From: Okamejei kenojei
Taxonomy: Eukaryota
Reading direction: 5' to 3'
NCBI GenBank assembly: GCA_035221665.1
Contig: CM069154.1
Span: forward strand, 35,836,001 to 35,900,000
DNA: 64,000 nt
Below, in pieces: positions 49,055-62,810 of the stretch; position 1 is the stretch's first letter; each line of letters opens with the position of its first letter. A model generated the notes under the pieces. That model worked only from the letters and a program-made list of their open reading frames with translations. It searched no databases and was not told the origin of the DNA. The translations under genes were made by a program, and so were the position numbers.

Positions 49055-50704
49055 CACGTCTTGTATTTCTTTGAAAAAAAATCAGCTGTGTCAGCTTTTG
49101 TAGGGTGAACAGGCCAAGGAATGAAATACTGCACACCAGGACAATCCAGGCAGCACTGCAATGAGTTAAAGAAGGAACGGCAGATGCTGGAGAATCGAGG
49201 GTTACACAAAAGGCTGGAGAAACTCAGCGGGTGCAGCAGCATCTAAGGAGCGAAGGAGATAGGCGACGTTTCGGGTCGAGACCCAATGAGGATGGAAACT
49301 GTTTCAATTATACGGGAGGAAAGAGCTGTCTGCAATCGGTACCAATTTAATCCACGTATAACTATCTGGCCAGGAACATTCAACAAATAAATGTGTGATT
49401 CTGCACCTAGAAATTAATCTGCTGGCAAACAAACAAAGACTAATTTTGCCCTGCAATCCATCATGGATAATGTACTAAGGCACTGTTGCTTGTCTGAGCC
49501 TGGGGGTCACATGTTCAAATCTTATTTCAGTGACTTCAGCACAACTTCAAATCTTAGTGCAATCCCAAGAACATTTCTGCATTGTCAAAATTTAAACAAC
49601 TCTATTTGTGTCCTCATGTGACCATAACTCAATGCAAGCTCAACGAACAGCAAGGGACTTGGAGTCCTGACGGATATTAATCACTATAAATAATCACAAT
49701 CAGAATTAGTCTACAGAACATGTCAAAAGTCCTACTTGCTAAACTCTACCAATATTGCCTATTAACTGTTATATGTAAATAACTGTGTATTACTTCTCTT
49801 TATTATAGAATATTCAGTGCTTGTAAAGCCAAATACTTCAACTCCATTTGGCGCAGTGGGACATCGGGGAGAGAAACAAAAGTCATATATTTTATTTCAC
49901 TTGGACTGAACGGAGAGATTTGCTTTCGCTTCTCATCGTGCATCACAAGATTATTGAACATGTTCTGATCGTCTTCTACTTCAGTTCATAGATGGTAGCT
50001 AAAGTGATATGTCCCAATGAAGAGAAAGTTCTAAGCTACCCAATAATGAGCGGAACATTTCATAGTGTAGGTTTGGAATAAGGTAATAAAAGGTTGTTTC
50101 AGACATGGAATGTCACTGTTATGTAGTGAATATCATTGCGCTATAGTTAGTATCCAAAATACATCCTGCTACTTTGTGCTAAACAATAAAACATTGGCTG
50201 TATTTTTGTGCTGCTCATTTCTTTCATTTGAAGTGCAAATGTCTCTGCAGGCATCTCATCTCCAAAGACCAGTCATAACTAAAATTTTAGAACCCTGATT
50301 TCAGGATTCCCAATAGGATAGAAATGAAAATCCTATGATCTATAAAAAAGTGAATTTCACACCTTTCAAGTTGTTTAATTGATCGATAACCAACCTGTTC
50401 AGATGAGTAACTTTATACCGCCTGTACAACATCTAAAGTGGACGCAAAAAAGCTGGAACAGCTCAGTAGGTCAGGCTGCATCTCTGGAGGAAAGGAAAAA
50501 GTGATATTTCGGGTCGAGATCCTTCTTCAGACTGAGTCATGGAGAGGGAAACAAGAGATACGAAAAGTTACAGAGAACAGATGAATGAAAGGTACGCAAA
50601 AGGACAAATCAAAGCTAGCAAATCAAATGTTCAAGGAAAGGTGGAGCCACATTGCTCCATTGTTGGCTGTGGAGGTGATAGCGAGTGATAGTGAAATTAT
50701 GCAG

Positions 50705-51017
50705 AACAGAGAAAATAGGTGCAGGAGTAGGCCATTCGGCCCTTCGAGCTTGCACCGCCATTCAATATGATCATGGCTGATCATCCAACTCAGTATCCTG
50801 TACCTGCCTTCTCTCCATACCCCCTGATCCCTTTAGCCACAAAGGCCACATCTAACTCCCTCTTAAATATAGCCAATGAACTGGCCTCAACTACCTTCTG
50901 TGGCAGAGAATTCCAGAGACTCACCACTCTCTGTGTGAAAAATGTTTTCCTCATCTCGGTCCTAAAGGAATTCCCCCTTATCCTTAAACTGTGACCCCTT
51001 GTTCTGGATCTCCCCAA
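50705..51017 (-). mobile_element. CR1 3' fragment
   Basis: SRTRGHSLRIRG...FFTQRVVSLWNSLP. Confidence 0.92.
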
Positions 51018-51035
51018 CAGTGAATAGTACAACAA

Positions 51036-51245
51036 CTAGGGTAGGAGATGGACAGAGAGAGAGAGGGGGGGGGGGGGAGATGCAAGGGTTACTAGGAAGT
51101 TAGAGAAATCAATATTAATACCGCTGGGTTGTAAACTGCCCAAGCAAAATATAAGGTGCGGTTCCTTCAATTTTCGTTTGGTCTCACTCTGACCATGGAG
51201 GCCAGGACAGAAAAGGCTGGTTGGGGAGGGGAAGGAGAGTGGGGA
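51036..51245 (-). mobile_element. Penelope GIY-YIG C-terminal fragment
   Basis: GLHGQSETKRKLKEPHLIFCLGSLQPSGINIDFSNF. Confidence 0.8.
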
Positions 51246-52620
51246 GAAATAAATCACATCAATGTTCTGTCGTATGGCACTATTTCTGCACACTAGTCTT
51301 TTGCATGACAGAAAAACGATGAACTAGTTAGAATATGTATAAATGATAGTGTTCAAACTAAAAATTACTTGAGCTAAAACAAAATATATTATACCGGATG
51401 TTCAAGTAATCAGCCTTGTGCTTGATTTCCAATGTATGTTAGGATTCTCTTCAGATTATAACATGATAATAAGGACAATATTATTGCAAGGATAACCAAG
51501 ATTATGGGTAGTGATATTTGCTCTTTGTTACTCTGTGTTATGGACCTGTGAAGTTCACTATGCTGGTCCAGTTGCCTTGGAACAAATACATTATAATTTT
51601 AAAATATTTGATTGATTTCTGGTGGCCCGTTGTATATCCCAACAACCAGATGATACAGAAACAGCTGTCAAATAAATTTCAATCAAATTTTGTAGTCAGT
51701 GCACATTAAGAGTGTGTTTCGTAACCTAGAAAAAATAAAGATACAGCTGATTTGCTCTCGTGCAAAGAACAAAGGATGAGTGATCAAGCACGTTAATATC
51801 AAAAACCCTGGTTGGCAGAGAATGATGTGTGGATGTAGATGCAGGTGTCTTCCTCCATCGCCCTAGTGAGACAAAAGACAAACTGGGGAACCTTGTATTC
51901 TGCTTGGGTAGCTTGAAATTCAATGGCATATTCTCCTACACCCCCTTTCCCTTGCACCCAAAGCCCGTGTGCGCATATTTTCCCACCAGCCGTTATCCTA
52001 GTCCTTTCCCCTCCTCTGTGCGTTCATCTCATTCCAACACACAACTCTCCACATTCTTTCATTCATTCCGTTTCCCCTCTATCTCCTCCCAAACAGATCC
52101 CTCCCTCGAGATACACATTTCACTTCTCGTTTTCTTATCAAAAACCCATTTCATCTCTAGACATTCCACCCATCAAACATCCACCCTCTCATCTGCATCC
52201 AGGTATGATTTGGCAGGGTTTACTCCTCTTTTCTAGCTTTCTCCCCCCCCCCCCCCCAATGCTGATCAGTTTGAAGATGGGTGTCGCCCCGCAACGTTGC
52301 CTATCCATTCTCTCCACAGATACTGCCGAACCCGCTGAGCTCCTCCAGCGCTGTTTTCTTTGATACTTAAAGAGATGACTGGTTTCTTTCAGTGCAATGA
52401 AGACTTAACTTTAGGACGCAAGCTACTAAATAAAATAAAACAATGGACTGGATTGAAATAGAGAGAAAAGAGTAATTTATAAAATGAACAATCCAAAATT
52501 AGTCATTTTCTGTAGGAAACAATGATTTAAAGAAAATATCGCAAAGCTGAGAATGCTAAAGAACTTGATTTTATTGTACAATAGATCACTTATGGTATAA
52601 AAGATTATTAACATCAGTAA

Positions 52621-52928
52621 GGACGGCCACGGTGGCGCAGTGATAGAGTTGCTGCCTTCCAGCACATGCAGCGCCGGAGACCTGGGCTCGATCCTGACTA
52701 CGGATGCTGTCTGTACGGAGTTTGTACGTTCTCCCCGTGACCACGTGGGTTTTCTCCAAGATCTTCGATTTCCTCCCACACTCCAAAGACATATATGTAT
52801 GTAGATTAATTGGCTTTGTGTATGTGTAAATTGTCCCTGGTGATGTTAATGTGCGGGGATTGCTGGTCGGTGTGGACTCGGTGGGCCGAAGGGCCTGTTT
52901 CCACGCTGTATCTCCAAACTAAACTAAA
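52621..52928 (+). mobile_element. Full-length V-domain tRNA-derived SINE (HE1-like)
   Basis: A box TGGCGCAGTG, B box GGCTCGATCC, V-domain GGAGTTTGTACGTTCTCCCCGTGACC, (AAACT)n tail. Confidence 0.9.
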
Positions 52929-53633
52929 TAGAATTTCCTAATAGCAAGAACGTCAACATGGCCCCCAAGAACAATGTCAGAACAGAATTCAGAAGAGGAA
53001 ACACAACTGTACACAACTTGATGTAACTAATTTTCAACAGCGCATGTTTGGAAATACATATCCTTGAGAAGCAAGGAAAACTGTTCGTCAGATGCTACAA
53101 AAGGGAGTTGAACAAGTTTTTGATTTGCTATCATTTAAAGATCGACAGCAAATTCAATTTCCTGCTGGGCAAGATAGATGATGTAAAATGTTTATAGCTC
53201 CCATCAGCAAATGGTAATGTTAACTGCAACATTTTTTTTCATTTGAGCCCAAGCCTGGGAATATGGAGCTTCCTGTATCTTTTGTTTTGTAACCAAATTG
53301 ATTTCAGAGAATAAGGACATAGATGGACTGTAGAAGCAGTGGTTGATCTCCTTGGATTAGAAGAATCTGATGTTAAAGCTAAGATATAGACGTAGATAGA
53401 AACAGTTCTTATTTGGAAGTTGGGTCAAGAATAAGGTGAGGTAGAATGAAGATGGGGAAAATCCAAATGGGATACACGGGAAAAAAAAGGTTAACGAAGC
53501 ATAACTTCAGGGTCTAGAATACACTACAGATAAATAACTGGAGGGCAAGATTTAAGACTACAATGAAGACCAGCGGGATTGCTCTTACAATTAGTCTGTA
53601 CTGCTAACTGAATGACCTCCTCGTGAGTTGTAA

Positions 53634-53881
53634 AGGGCCTGTCCCACTTAGGCGACTCTTTAGGCGACTGCCAGGGACTAGTTTTAATGGAATTCACCTA
53701 CGACACCTGGCGACAACCTACGACTGCACCTACGACAACACCTACATCAATCTACGACGACCTATGACAACCTACGACAGCAGAAATTGTCGCCACTGCC
53801 GCCAAAAAATTTCAACATGTTGGACATTTTTGGGCAGTCACCTGTAGTTGCCAAAAAAATTGCTTAAGTGGGACAGGCCCA
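53634..53881. mobile_element. PIF/Harbinger-like MITE, copy 4
   Basis: TAA then AGGGCCTGTCCCACTTA... / ...TAAGTGGGACAGGCCC; internal CTACGAC repeats; right TSD degenerate. Confidence 0.75.
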
Positions 53882-55289
53882 CAAGCATTCAAGTCTGGAA
53901 AGGAATAATATTTATAGGCAGATACAAAAATAGTTTGAGGTGTCAACAGTATTTCAACACAAGTTTTGTTGGTAAGACCGATCTTCAGATACACTATAAC
54001 ACCACATCATGTGTGTCTGGACAAACAAGACCACATTAATCAAACAAGAGCTATCTATATGCAGCTGCAAGACAAAATTGCAGCTTAATCATAACCATAC
54101 TTTATAAAACAAGAATCTAACAGTCCTTATAAATGTAAAATTCACACAATGAAAAAAAGTCTAAAACATCTGTAATTCTAGCTTGCTGCAAGTCATTTTC
54201 CAGACCAATTTCCTGATGCAATTTTCATTTACTACAAGGTCCATCATTTTGTTATTCAATGGATCCTGCCATCAAATGCTTCTCAGACTTGTTTCAGTCT
54301 CCTCCTAACGTGCTATTTTGAAGAGAACGTATTTCCCCTCATTAAATTTAATTTTGATTGCAATTCTACTGTTTTACCTTGCATATTCAGACTTTGATCT
54401 GCAGTCAGATTTTGGCAATGTATTTAGTGAGCATTGCTGGCGTACTGGGTGACCTTACCTGTGGGGTTAGCAAGTTGTAATGGGCAGACAGCCAAACAAA
54501 TGCTGAATCATTCCATGTCTATTAGTGGCAGTATCAGTTTGCCAGAATAGCTGGCAACTCCTTCAAGCCAGCAGCGTGCTGTCAATATTTTAAATAGAAC
54601 TGAAAAACCTTGAGATTAAAGAGATAGCAGTTACATGGAAGCAGACCGTTAGCCATACAGTGGTCAGGAAATGTTTTCAGACTCAGGGAAAATAGTGATG
54701 TTTCCTAATGGCCATTATTTGAACTACTGTTGTATTTAATACATTCTTAATTTGCAAACAGACATTAACTTCAAACTCTGCAGGCAAGACAAAACTCAAA
54801 TGCTGTCAGTATTGAGTATACTAAGATCTTCAGACTGAAGTGATGGGCTTGGGAAGGGGAGGGATTAAGTTTCACAGCAATGTTTAGTAATTCATTTGTA
54901 TATTGCCTCATCTATTTCAACAATACAAAACCATTTTGAATGATAAGTAGGAACAGGGGACTTGGACACAGATAAATAAGTCGCTGAAGTTGGCAAGCAA
55001 AACATCAGGCTGTTGGAAAAATGGCAGAGTTCTTCCTTACTGAAAGATACATGCTATATAAAAAGATATTAAACTTACGCAATACTGGTGCTGGCAGATT
55101 CTTTAGACCAGTTTAGGAAAGTATAAAAGTTTTACTAGGTGCGAGGGCTGTATGACTGTTATTAAAGTGGTGAAAGAAAATTGAGCCGTTTTTATTATCA
55201 AAGTATTCAAGTGAGGGACAGAGCTTCAAATCATGTGGTTGTGAACGAGCCTGCGAGATGTTTCCAATTGCACAAAGATTGATATTTAA

Positions 55290-55880
55290 CGTAGACAAAA
55301 GTGCTGGAGAAACTCAGCGGGTGCAGCTGCATCTATGGAGTGACGGAAATAGGCAACGTTTCGGGCCAAAACCCTTCTTCAGACTAATGTACGGTGGGAG
55401 GGGGGGAGAAGAAAGGAGAAAGGAAGAGGAGGAGCCAGAGATCTGAGAAGGGGAGGAGACAGCAAGGGCTACCGGAAATTGGAGAAGTAAATGTTTATGC
55501 CACTAGGGTGCAAACTGCCCAATATGAGGCGCTGCTCCTCCAATTTCCGGTGGTGCTCACTCTGGCCATGGAGGAGCCCCAGGACAGAAAGGTCGGATTT
55601 GGAATGGGAGGGGGAGTTGAACTGCTGAGCCACCGGGAGATCAGGTTGGTTATTGCGGACCGAGCGGAGGTGTTCGGCGAAACAATCACCAAGCCTACGC
55701 TTGGTCTCACCGATGTAGATCAGCTGACATCTAGAGCAGCGGATGCAATAGAGGAGGTTGGAAGAGGTGCAGGTGAACCTCTGTCACACCTGGAACAACT
55801 GCTTGGGTCCTTGAATGGAGTCGAGGGGGGAAGGTAAAGCAACAAAAGCATCTCTTGCAGTTGCAAGGGAAAGTGCCCAA
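55290..55880 (-). mobile_element. Penelope-like element 3' end: GIY-YIG endonuclease and pLTR
   Basis: Minus strand FTCTSSNLLYCIRCSRCQLIYIGETKRRLGDCFAEHLRSV...LPVAQQFN...GINIYFSNFR*, followed by a hammerhead-like core at 55355-55382. Confidence 0.9.
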
Positions 55881-55894
55881 GGACTATGTATAAA

Positions 55895-56060
55895 CACAGC
55901 TGTAATTTGTATATGGTGAAACCAAAATGTATAAAAATATCCTTTATTAAAATCTGACAATGGGCACTTTAACCGCATGTGATTTTTTTCTATTACAAAT
56001 CTCAAATTGTGGAGCACAGAGGCAAATAAATAATTGTCCCAAACATTATGGAGGGCACTG
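55895..56060. mobile_element. Tc1/mariner-like terminal fragment
   Basis: Ends TGTCCCAAACATTATGGAGGGCACTG followed by TA (CAGTG-type TIR). Confidence 0.65.
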
Positions 56061-56363
56061 TAAAAGAGTCCAATCAGGTTTAATGACGTGATGACGTGAT
56101 CAGACTGCACTAGAATAGAGTACACTCTAGGACTGGCATTCAATGTAATTATGGTCAACCTTTCACATCAGCACCATCCTGGCTCTATTCCAACATACAC
56201 AACGTATAAAATTCTCTGGGTAGACAACAAATATTTATAACTCCATGAAGAAATGTTTCTTATGTTGAGATTATGACCTCCAGCTCTCGCATCGAAAACT
56301 CCAAAATGAGACAATGCTATAATTCCCCTCACTTCAAATTCTTCACTCAGAATTTCCAAATTC

Positions 56364-56369
56364 TTTATT
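56364..56369 (-). terminator. OARD1: Candidate OARD1 polyadenylation signal
   Basis: AATAAA on - about 550 nt past the stop; not verified. Confidence 0.3.
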
Positions 56370-56915
56370 TAGTATTATGTACAAGCGTCTAATTACAGGC
56401 ATAGTTTGCAACAGAATCACACTCTTTGCACCATTCAATGATGATCCTGTGGTTCCTTCACCGAATGCATACATCCATTTACATAGCACGTATTGCAAGG
56501 GATGGGTGGGGGGGGGGGGGGGGGGGGGGAGGATGAGGAGAGGAGAAAGGATATCATATAATCACCAATTAACTAATATTAAAAACTGTAGCATTCAGCT
56601 TGCAACTCATCTCCCATAAGCAAAATTATTCATTAGTTTACAGAATAAATTGACTAGCATTCTGTGCTGTTCATCCATCCCACTGACATAACTGTGGAAT
56701 ACCGATTCCCAGATCCAAGGCTAGGACATCTTGCACTTGCCCCAATTCCAGCTCATATCAAGCCCTAGTTGCCTGATATGTAGATAGAAATTCAACTGTC
56801 TATTTGTTAATGTACATTGAGAAAGCTGGCTCAGATACTCGCCCTTTACAAAAACTCTTCAGATACCTACCTTCATTCCATAATCCAACATTTCAGTTTC
56901 TGTTAACACCAATGA

Positions 56916-57126
56916 CTACTTGGTATTTATGAGTTTAGAAAGATTATTGAATTGACTGCGTTTGACCTCATTAAAAGCACCCTTTGTCCTTTTACAGGTT
57001 TGCGGAAACCCAACAGCAGGATTCTCTAGAGAGTACACAGTGACGACAATATTCGTGTCCTTAAAAACATCTTGAATTCTCATTTCAACTGCATTCCAAT
57101 TCAGTTTGTCTAATCCACAACCAATC
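56916..57126 (-). CDS. OARD1: OARD1 last coding exon
   Basis: TTTAAAG|G acceptor; (R)IGCGLDKLNWNAVEMRIQDVFKDTNIVVTVYSL plus 36 extra aa to TAG 56916-18; human Asp125 equivalent in GCGLD. Confidence 0.93.
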
Positions 57127-57984
57127 CTTTAAAGAAAAAAAAGTCACTTATGTTAGAAATATATCAGTCCATTCAGTGCCTTCAGTGAAAGAAGGAGACA
57201 GAGACGGTAAATGCATTCTGAAACCTTCAGTAGACAATGCAGACTGCAGTTGAAACTTAGTGGGTCAGGCGGCACAATCCAGAGTTCTTCCACCATTTAT
57301 TTGCTCAAGATTTCAGCATATGGCTCTCCTGCCCTTCAACCATTTCTCACCCAGACGCGCTCCTGCCGACATGCTCCCTTCCTCAAACTGATCCAAAACA
57401 TTGTCTATCCCTTTTCCTCCACAAAATTGCCAATTTCCTTCATGTTGCTACAACTGCCGAGTTCCTCCAGTAGTTTGTTTTTTACTTCAGTGATGCAGAA
57501 TGCTTTGGCTTCAGATATAATTTGTGTACCATTGTAACTATCCATCCAAACTCCAAAGGATGACACAGATAATGCCTTTAGCCAATTAAGCATTATCAAA
57601 AAAGGTAGATGCTGGCACCATCTGCAAAATTAATGTTCTAACAATTTCACATTACCATGGAACCACACCCAGCATACATTCTTATTCCCACCCACCCCAT
57701 CCCATTATAACCTTATAGATCCTTACCAGGTTATGAACCCCTGACATATATAGCTTATACATACAAGCTATCAGATCGGGAGCTTGGGGAAACCATGGGA
57801 TGGATTTGCCTGCTGCTAAGGGGCTGCAGGCATCTTCCGTTGGTTGGGAATTCTGTATGCAGCAATATTCAAATGGTGGAGTTAAAAGCCCTTGAAAGTT
57901 CTCAGCAAACAGAACCTTCTTATAATCTACGGTGGATCTGTAGTTTTTGTTTAAATTAAATAAACCAAGGTTTTCTATTATTAC

Positions 57985-58097
57985 CTGGGCATTGAGATGC
58001 ATGTGACTCCATTACTGACACAGTGTTTCTTCATGGCCTCCAGGCTGCTCCGTAAGCTTTCATAAGTTGGCTTTTGAAAGGCTTTATTTTTAGTAAT
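57985..58097 (-). CDS. OARD1: OARD1 coding exon (113 nt)
   Basis: CAG|[37 protein letters not shown](R)|GT; human Lys84 equivalent in ITK. Confidence 0.95.
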
Positions 58098-58814
58098 CTG
58101 CGCAAGAAAAGCCACTAACTATTAATCAATCAGACAATTTCATTAACTCTGTTACGCTAATAGCAAGTGACATTAAAGAAAGCGGAGACACAAGAAACTG
58201 CAGATTCTGGAATCTTGGCTGAAATCATTCTGGAGGAACTCAGTGGGTTAGGTACCATCTGTAGAGGGAATGGCTGGACAATGTTGAGTCAGGACCCTTC
58301 ATCAAACTTTAGGTCTGACAAGGGGTATTGACCCATTGTAAATAGGTTGAAGCCAAGACAAGAAAGATTTAATTGGAATCAGTGGGAGCAACTATTTTCA
58401 CTGAGGGTGGTGGGTATATGGAACAAGCTACCAGAGGAGGTAGTCAAGGCAGGTGCTATAACAGCATCAAAAGCCAAACTGATAACTTGAGCGCACGGTA
58501 GCAGTGAAGATATTTTTATAATGCTTCTCTTAAATTCTTGAAATTGCTCAAGGCTGAAGACTGAAATTAGATCTTGAAGCGCTGTCAGAGTAGCCTTGGT
58601 GAATAACAGCTAAACATACTGCAGCCAGTGCGCAGCAGTGATGGAGGGAATGAGTGTTTGCGGACAACAGATGGTAATCTTCAGTGGGAAGAAACTGTGG
58701 ATGCAGGTTTAAACCAAAGATAGACATAAAAAGCTGGAGTAACTCAGCGGAACAGGCAACATCTCCGGAGAGAAGGAATGCGTGATGCTTGGGGTTGAGA
58801 CCCTTACTCAGACT

Positions 58815-59418
58815 GGTGTCTGCAGTGAAGAAAGCTAATGGCATGTTGGTCATGGTGAGAGGATTTGAGTTTAGGAGCAAGGAGGTCCTACTGCAGTTGT
58901 ACAGGGCCCTGGTGAGTCCGCACCTGGAGTATTGTGTGCAATTTTGGTCTTCTCATTTGAGGAAGGGCATTATTGCTATTGAGGGAGTGCAGGTTAACCT
59001 GGTGAAAGAATGGGTCGACTGCGCTTGTATTCACTAGAATTTAGAAGGATGAGAGGGGACCTTATAGAAACATATAAAATTCTTAAAGGGTTGAATAGGC
59101 AAGATGCAGGAAAAATGCTCCCGATGTTGGGGTAGTCCAGAAACAGGGGTCAGAGTTTAATAAGGGCTAGGCCATTTAGGGCTGAGATGAGGAAAAATGT
59201 CTTCATCCAGAGAGTTGTGAATCTGTGGAGGCCAATTCACTGGATATTTTCAAGAGCGAGTTAGATTTAGCTCTTAGGGCTAAAGGAATCAAGGGATATG
59301 GGCAAAAAAAGCAGGAACGGGGTACTGATTTTAGACGATCAGCCATTATCATATTAAATGGCGGTGCTGGCTCTAAGGGCTGAATGGCCTACTCCTGCAC
59401 CTATTTGCTATGTTTCTA
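58815..59418 (+). mobile_element. CR1 3' fragment in an OARD1 intron
   Basis: [25 protein letters not shown]; CTATGTTT tail. Confidence 0.9.
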
Positions 59419-60825
59419 CTCTAGCTTTTTGCGTCTATCTTTGTGTGGATCTTCAGTGCTGCTGGAGGGGCCCTCATCCAGGCAAGGAGGTTGTGAAAGG
59501 TTTTGGGGTTGCAGAGGCAAGTCATTGAGCACAGGATACCTAGCCTTTGAACTCCTGTCATAGAGGCAGCATTTATGTGGTTGTTGTGTTGGATCTCTAG
59601 TCAATGGCAATATCTTCAACATTTATGATGGAAGACTTGGCATTGACAATGCCTTTGAATGTCAAGGGGGCGTGATTACAGTGCTGTCAAAATTTCCATT
59701 TCATCAGCATCTGAATGCCACCTTGATCCCTCTGACATGGATAGTTTCAAATTCTGGAGAATTAGAAATGCAATTGAACATTGTAGAATTAACATCCCTA
59801 AATTTGATCTAATAATGCCATGAAAGTCTGCGGGAGATGGTTATGCCTAGGACACTAGCCCTTAAAGAATTATTGCAGCAATGTCAAAATCATAGAAAGA
59901 TTGCACTGTAGCAGAAGATTATGTAGCTCATTTAGCCAGTGAATGATTTAGCTAGCTAAATTTAGTCACTGTAAGTTATGTTTACAGTCTTTTAGCTTTT
60001 AGCTAAAAGACTTTAAGCGTCACTTACAAAGCGCAAATTAGGATCTTTGGTATTCAATGCAATTTAGCCTCCATTAAATGAATCCACATTGCAAACTTTT
60101 CCAAAAGAATGCGGTTGCAACACAGTCGGTGGAGTTGCTGTCACACAATCCTGACCTCTGGTGCCATGTGTGTGTGGAGCTGCAGCTTCTCCCAGTAACC
60201 ACTTGGGTTTTCCTCGGATGTGTCCTTTTCTTCTACATCACAAAGACATGCTGGTTGACAGGTTAATTGGCCACTAAATTATGCCCAATGTACAAATGAG
60301 TGGCAGAATTCAGAAATTGACAGAAATCAATCGCACAGAAAAATTAGTGGGGGAAGATGAATCTGCTCTGTGGGCCGGCATAGACTAAACGGGCCAAATG
60401 GCTCATGGTGTAAGGAAATATATCGAGAAAGGGAAATAATCTTTCCAAATGCAATCTGCATGCTTTTGCCTACTTATAAAATAGCAGTTATTTTATTGGA
60501 GACAAGCTATACAAGAATAAAGAGTACTCTAACTAAAATAAAGATTTGAGTTACATAAAAATCAAAATCAGATCACAAAAAAACTGTTGAATCAAACATT
60601 GCTGTCAACCATTGAGCTTCATCTTTTGAGTTTAGACATAAGCATCGGTTTATGATAGGTCTACATTGTCCATGGGATTTTGTTAAACCAAAAGGATACC
60701 ATGCAACATGAATTAGTATAAATCTAGTAGTGTACTGTATTTTGAAAAACCACAGTTTAACCGTTATCTTGTGAATTTTAAAAAGCATTCAAATAATGAA
60801 CAATAGTGCTCAAACTAAAAGTTAC

Positions 60826-60884
60826 CAGATAGTAAATGTATTTTTGCTGTCTTTTCAGTACTGCTACTTCCCCAGTTTTCTTTT
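60826..60884 (-). CDS. OARD1: OARD1 coding exon (59 nt)
   Basis: CACAG|(K)KKTGEVAVLKRQQKYIYYL|GTAAC; phases match both neighbouring exons. Confidence 0.95.
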
Positions 60885-61402
60885 CTGTGAAGCAACAAAA
60901 ACAATTATTGTATTTTTATTCTTGGTCCGAGTACGAACACAATAAACAGAAGCAGGATTTGGTTATGTGGTCCATTCTGCTTGCTCTGCATTCAAGATCC
61001 TTTCCTTCAGCACGACTTTCCTGCCCTGTACCAAAACATCTACAATTCTTGTTTAGTCTTTAATACATCCAGTGACTGAGCCTTCATTGTCCTCTTGAAT
61101 AGCGAATGCCAAAGGATTAGCTATGCTCTGGGTGAAGAACATTCTCATTTGAATGACTGATCCCTTATTGTAAGGTTCCTCAGATGCAGAGGAATATCAA
61201 GATTTACCTCATTGTTCTAAACTCAAGGCTCGGCCTGGTCATTTTATGCAACTCATCCAACTTTGGAAAAAAAAAAGGGCACGTCAGAATAGATCCATAA
61301 TTGATTTGAGTACCGGCTAAACGCCGATTTTCCGGCACCCTCAGTTCCAAAGCCTTTCTGGATTATCCATTTTTCTGAATCATCAGAGGTCACATGATAA
61401 TG

Positions 61403-61932
61403 AGAAGAAGGAACTGCAGATGCTGGTTTACACCGAAGATAAGACTCAAAATGCTGGAGTAACTCAGCGGGACAGGCAGCATCTTTGGAGAGAAGGACTG
61501 GGTGACGTTTCGAGTTAACACCTTTATTCAGACTGAGAGGCAGGCGAGGGGGAAACTAGAGATCTGGAAGGATACAAAGAGCAGGTAAGGTGTGAAAAGG
61601 ACAGAACAAGGATGATCAAGGAAATATACAATGGTTCAATGCTGCCTGAGGAGAAGGTGACAACGAGGCAAACAGTAAAATTAATCAGGAGGACAGTGAA
61701 TCTGTTAGGGTGGGAGAGGGACAGAGAGAGAGGGAAAGCAAGGGTTACTTGAAGTTATAGAGAAATCAATATTCATACTGTTGAAATGTCAAGAGATCAC
61801 CAGGAGATCACCTACATTTCCTGGTGATCTCCTGAACCAGGAGATCACCAGGAAATGTAGGTGATCTCCTGGTTGCTAAACACTAACTCCCCCTTCCATT
61901 CTGATGATTCTGTCCTGGGCCGCCTCAACTGT
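61403..61932. mobile_element. Inverted Penelope fragments with a palindromic junction
   Basis: - pLTR/EN tail 61403-61790; + EN piece (DLLVAKH...SVLG) 61863-61932. Confidence 0.75.
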
Positions 61933-62177
61933 ATATTTTACAGATTTTAATAACAAAATGTTCCCCTGGAGCTTGTGCAATAAGCACAACTTATTTTAAT
62001 TTCATGTCTCTGCTTATTTTTCTTGCGATGGCAACACCCACAAACATGCAGCCATGGCCCACACTGAAATAACTTTACAAGATTTTCCTTCGGATGCAAG
62101 AATTTGGTTTGACATTTTAATGCTAAAACAACATGCAAATTCCAGAGGTGAAAAATAATTATGCTTTAGTCTCTTAC

Positions 62178-62331
62178 TTTGTTCTAGCAGCGTTGTAACA
62201 GATCCAAACCGTTTCTTGAATAAAACAGCTATCCCCTTCCCCATACGGCAGTCTGCACTGATGCAGTGCGCCAGCGATTCTTGTGCTGGACATTCAAACA
62301 GATCACCAGTCACGTAACGGATTTTAAAGCC
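62178..62331 (-). CDS. OARD1: OARD1 coding exon (macrodomain N-terminal part)
   Basis: TATAG|[51 protein letters not shown]|GTAAGA; TARG1 signature. Confidence 0.97.
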
Positions 62332-62429
62332 CTATAGTGAAAAAAACAGTTATGTATAGATAGCAATCTTTCCATCCTCAATCTTCTTCCTCCTTGTCCA
62401 GAAATCTCTCAATTCTCATTATTTTCACC

Positions 62430-62810
62430 TGTTGACTTGAGGAAGCATGGTGGAGTACATGCCCCAATCAGCATCAATGGACCAGAAGTTGAAATGGTTG
62501 AGAGCTTCAAGTTCCTTGGTGTTAATATTACCAAATGATCTGCCGTGGACCAACCACATTGGTGTGATGTGGGAGGAAGGAGGAAAGGAAAAGCAGCCAA
62601 TATAATCAAAGACTTGTCCCACACTGTCATTCCTTCCCTCTGTTCCATCTGGCACAGGTACAGAAGCTTGAAAGTGCGTGCCACAAGCAGGAACAGCTTC
62701 TTCCCCTCTGTTATCAGAAAAGTCCTCCCATAAGCTAGGGTTCTGTGCAATTTACTCCTGCCCATCGTGGACATTGGAGTGTCTATGGAAGTAATGCACT
62801 ACAATACCAG
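62430..62810 (+). mobile_element. Rex1/Babar relic in an OARD1 intron
   Basis: AANIIKDLSH...RYRSLKVRATSRNSFFPSVIR. Confidence 0.7.

Noticed and set aside
52621-52700. tRNA gene
   Set aside because: A/B boxes belong to a SINE head; no full cloverleaf, and it continues into the V-domain
62014-62177. ORF-track continuation [10 protein letters not shown]... of OARD1
   Set aside because: Read-through past the GTAAGA donor at 62177
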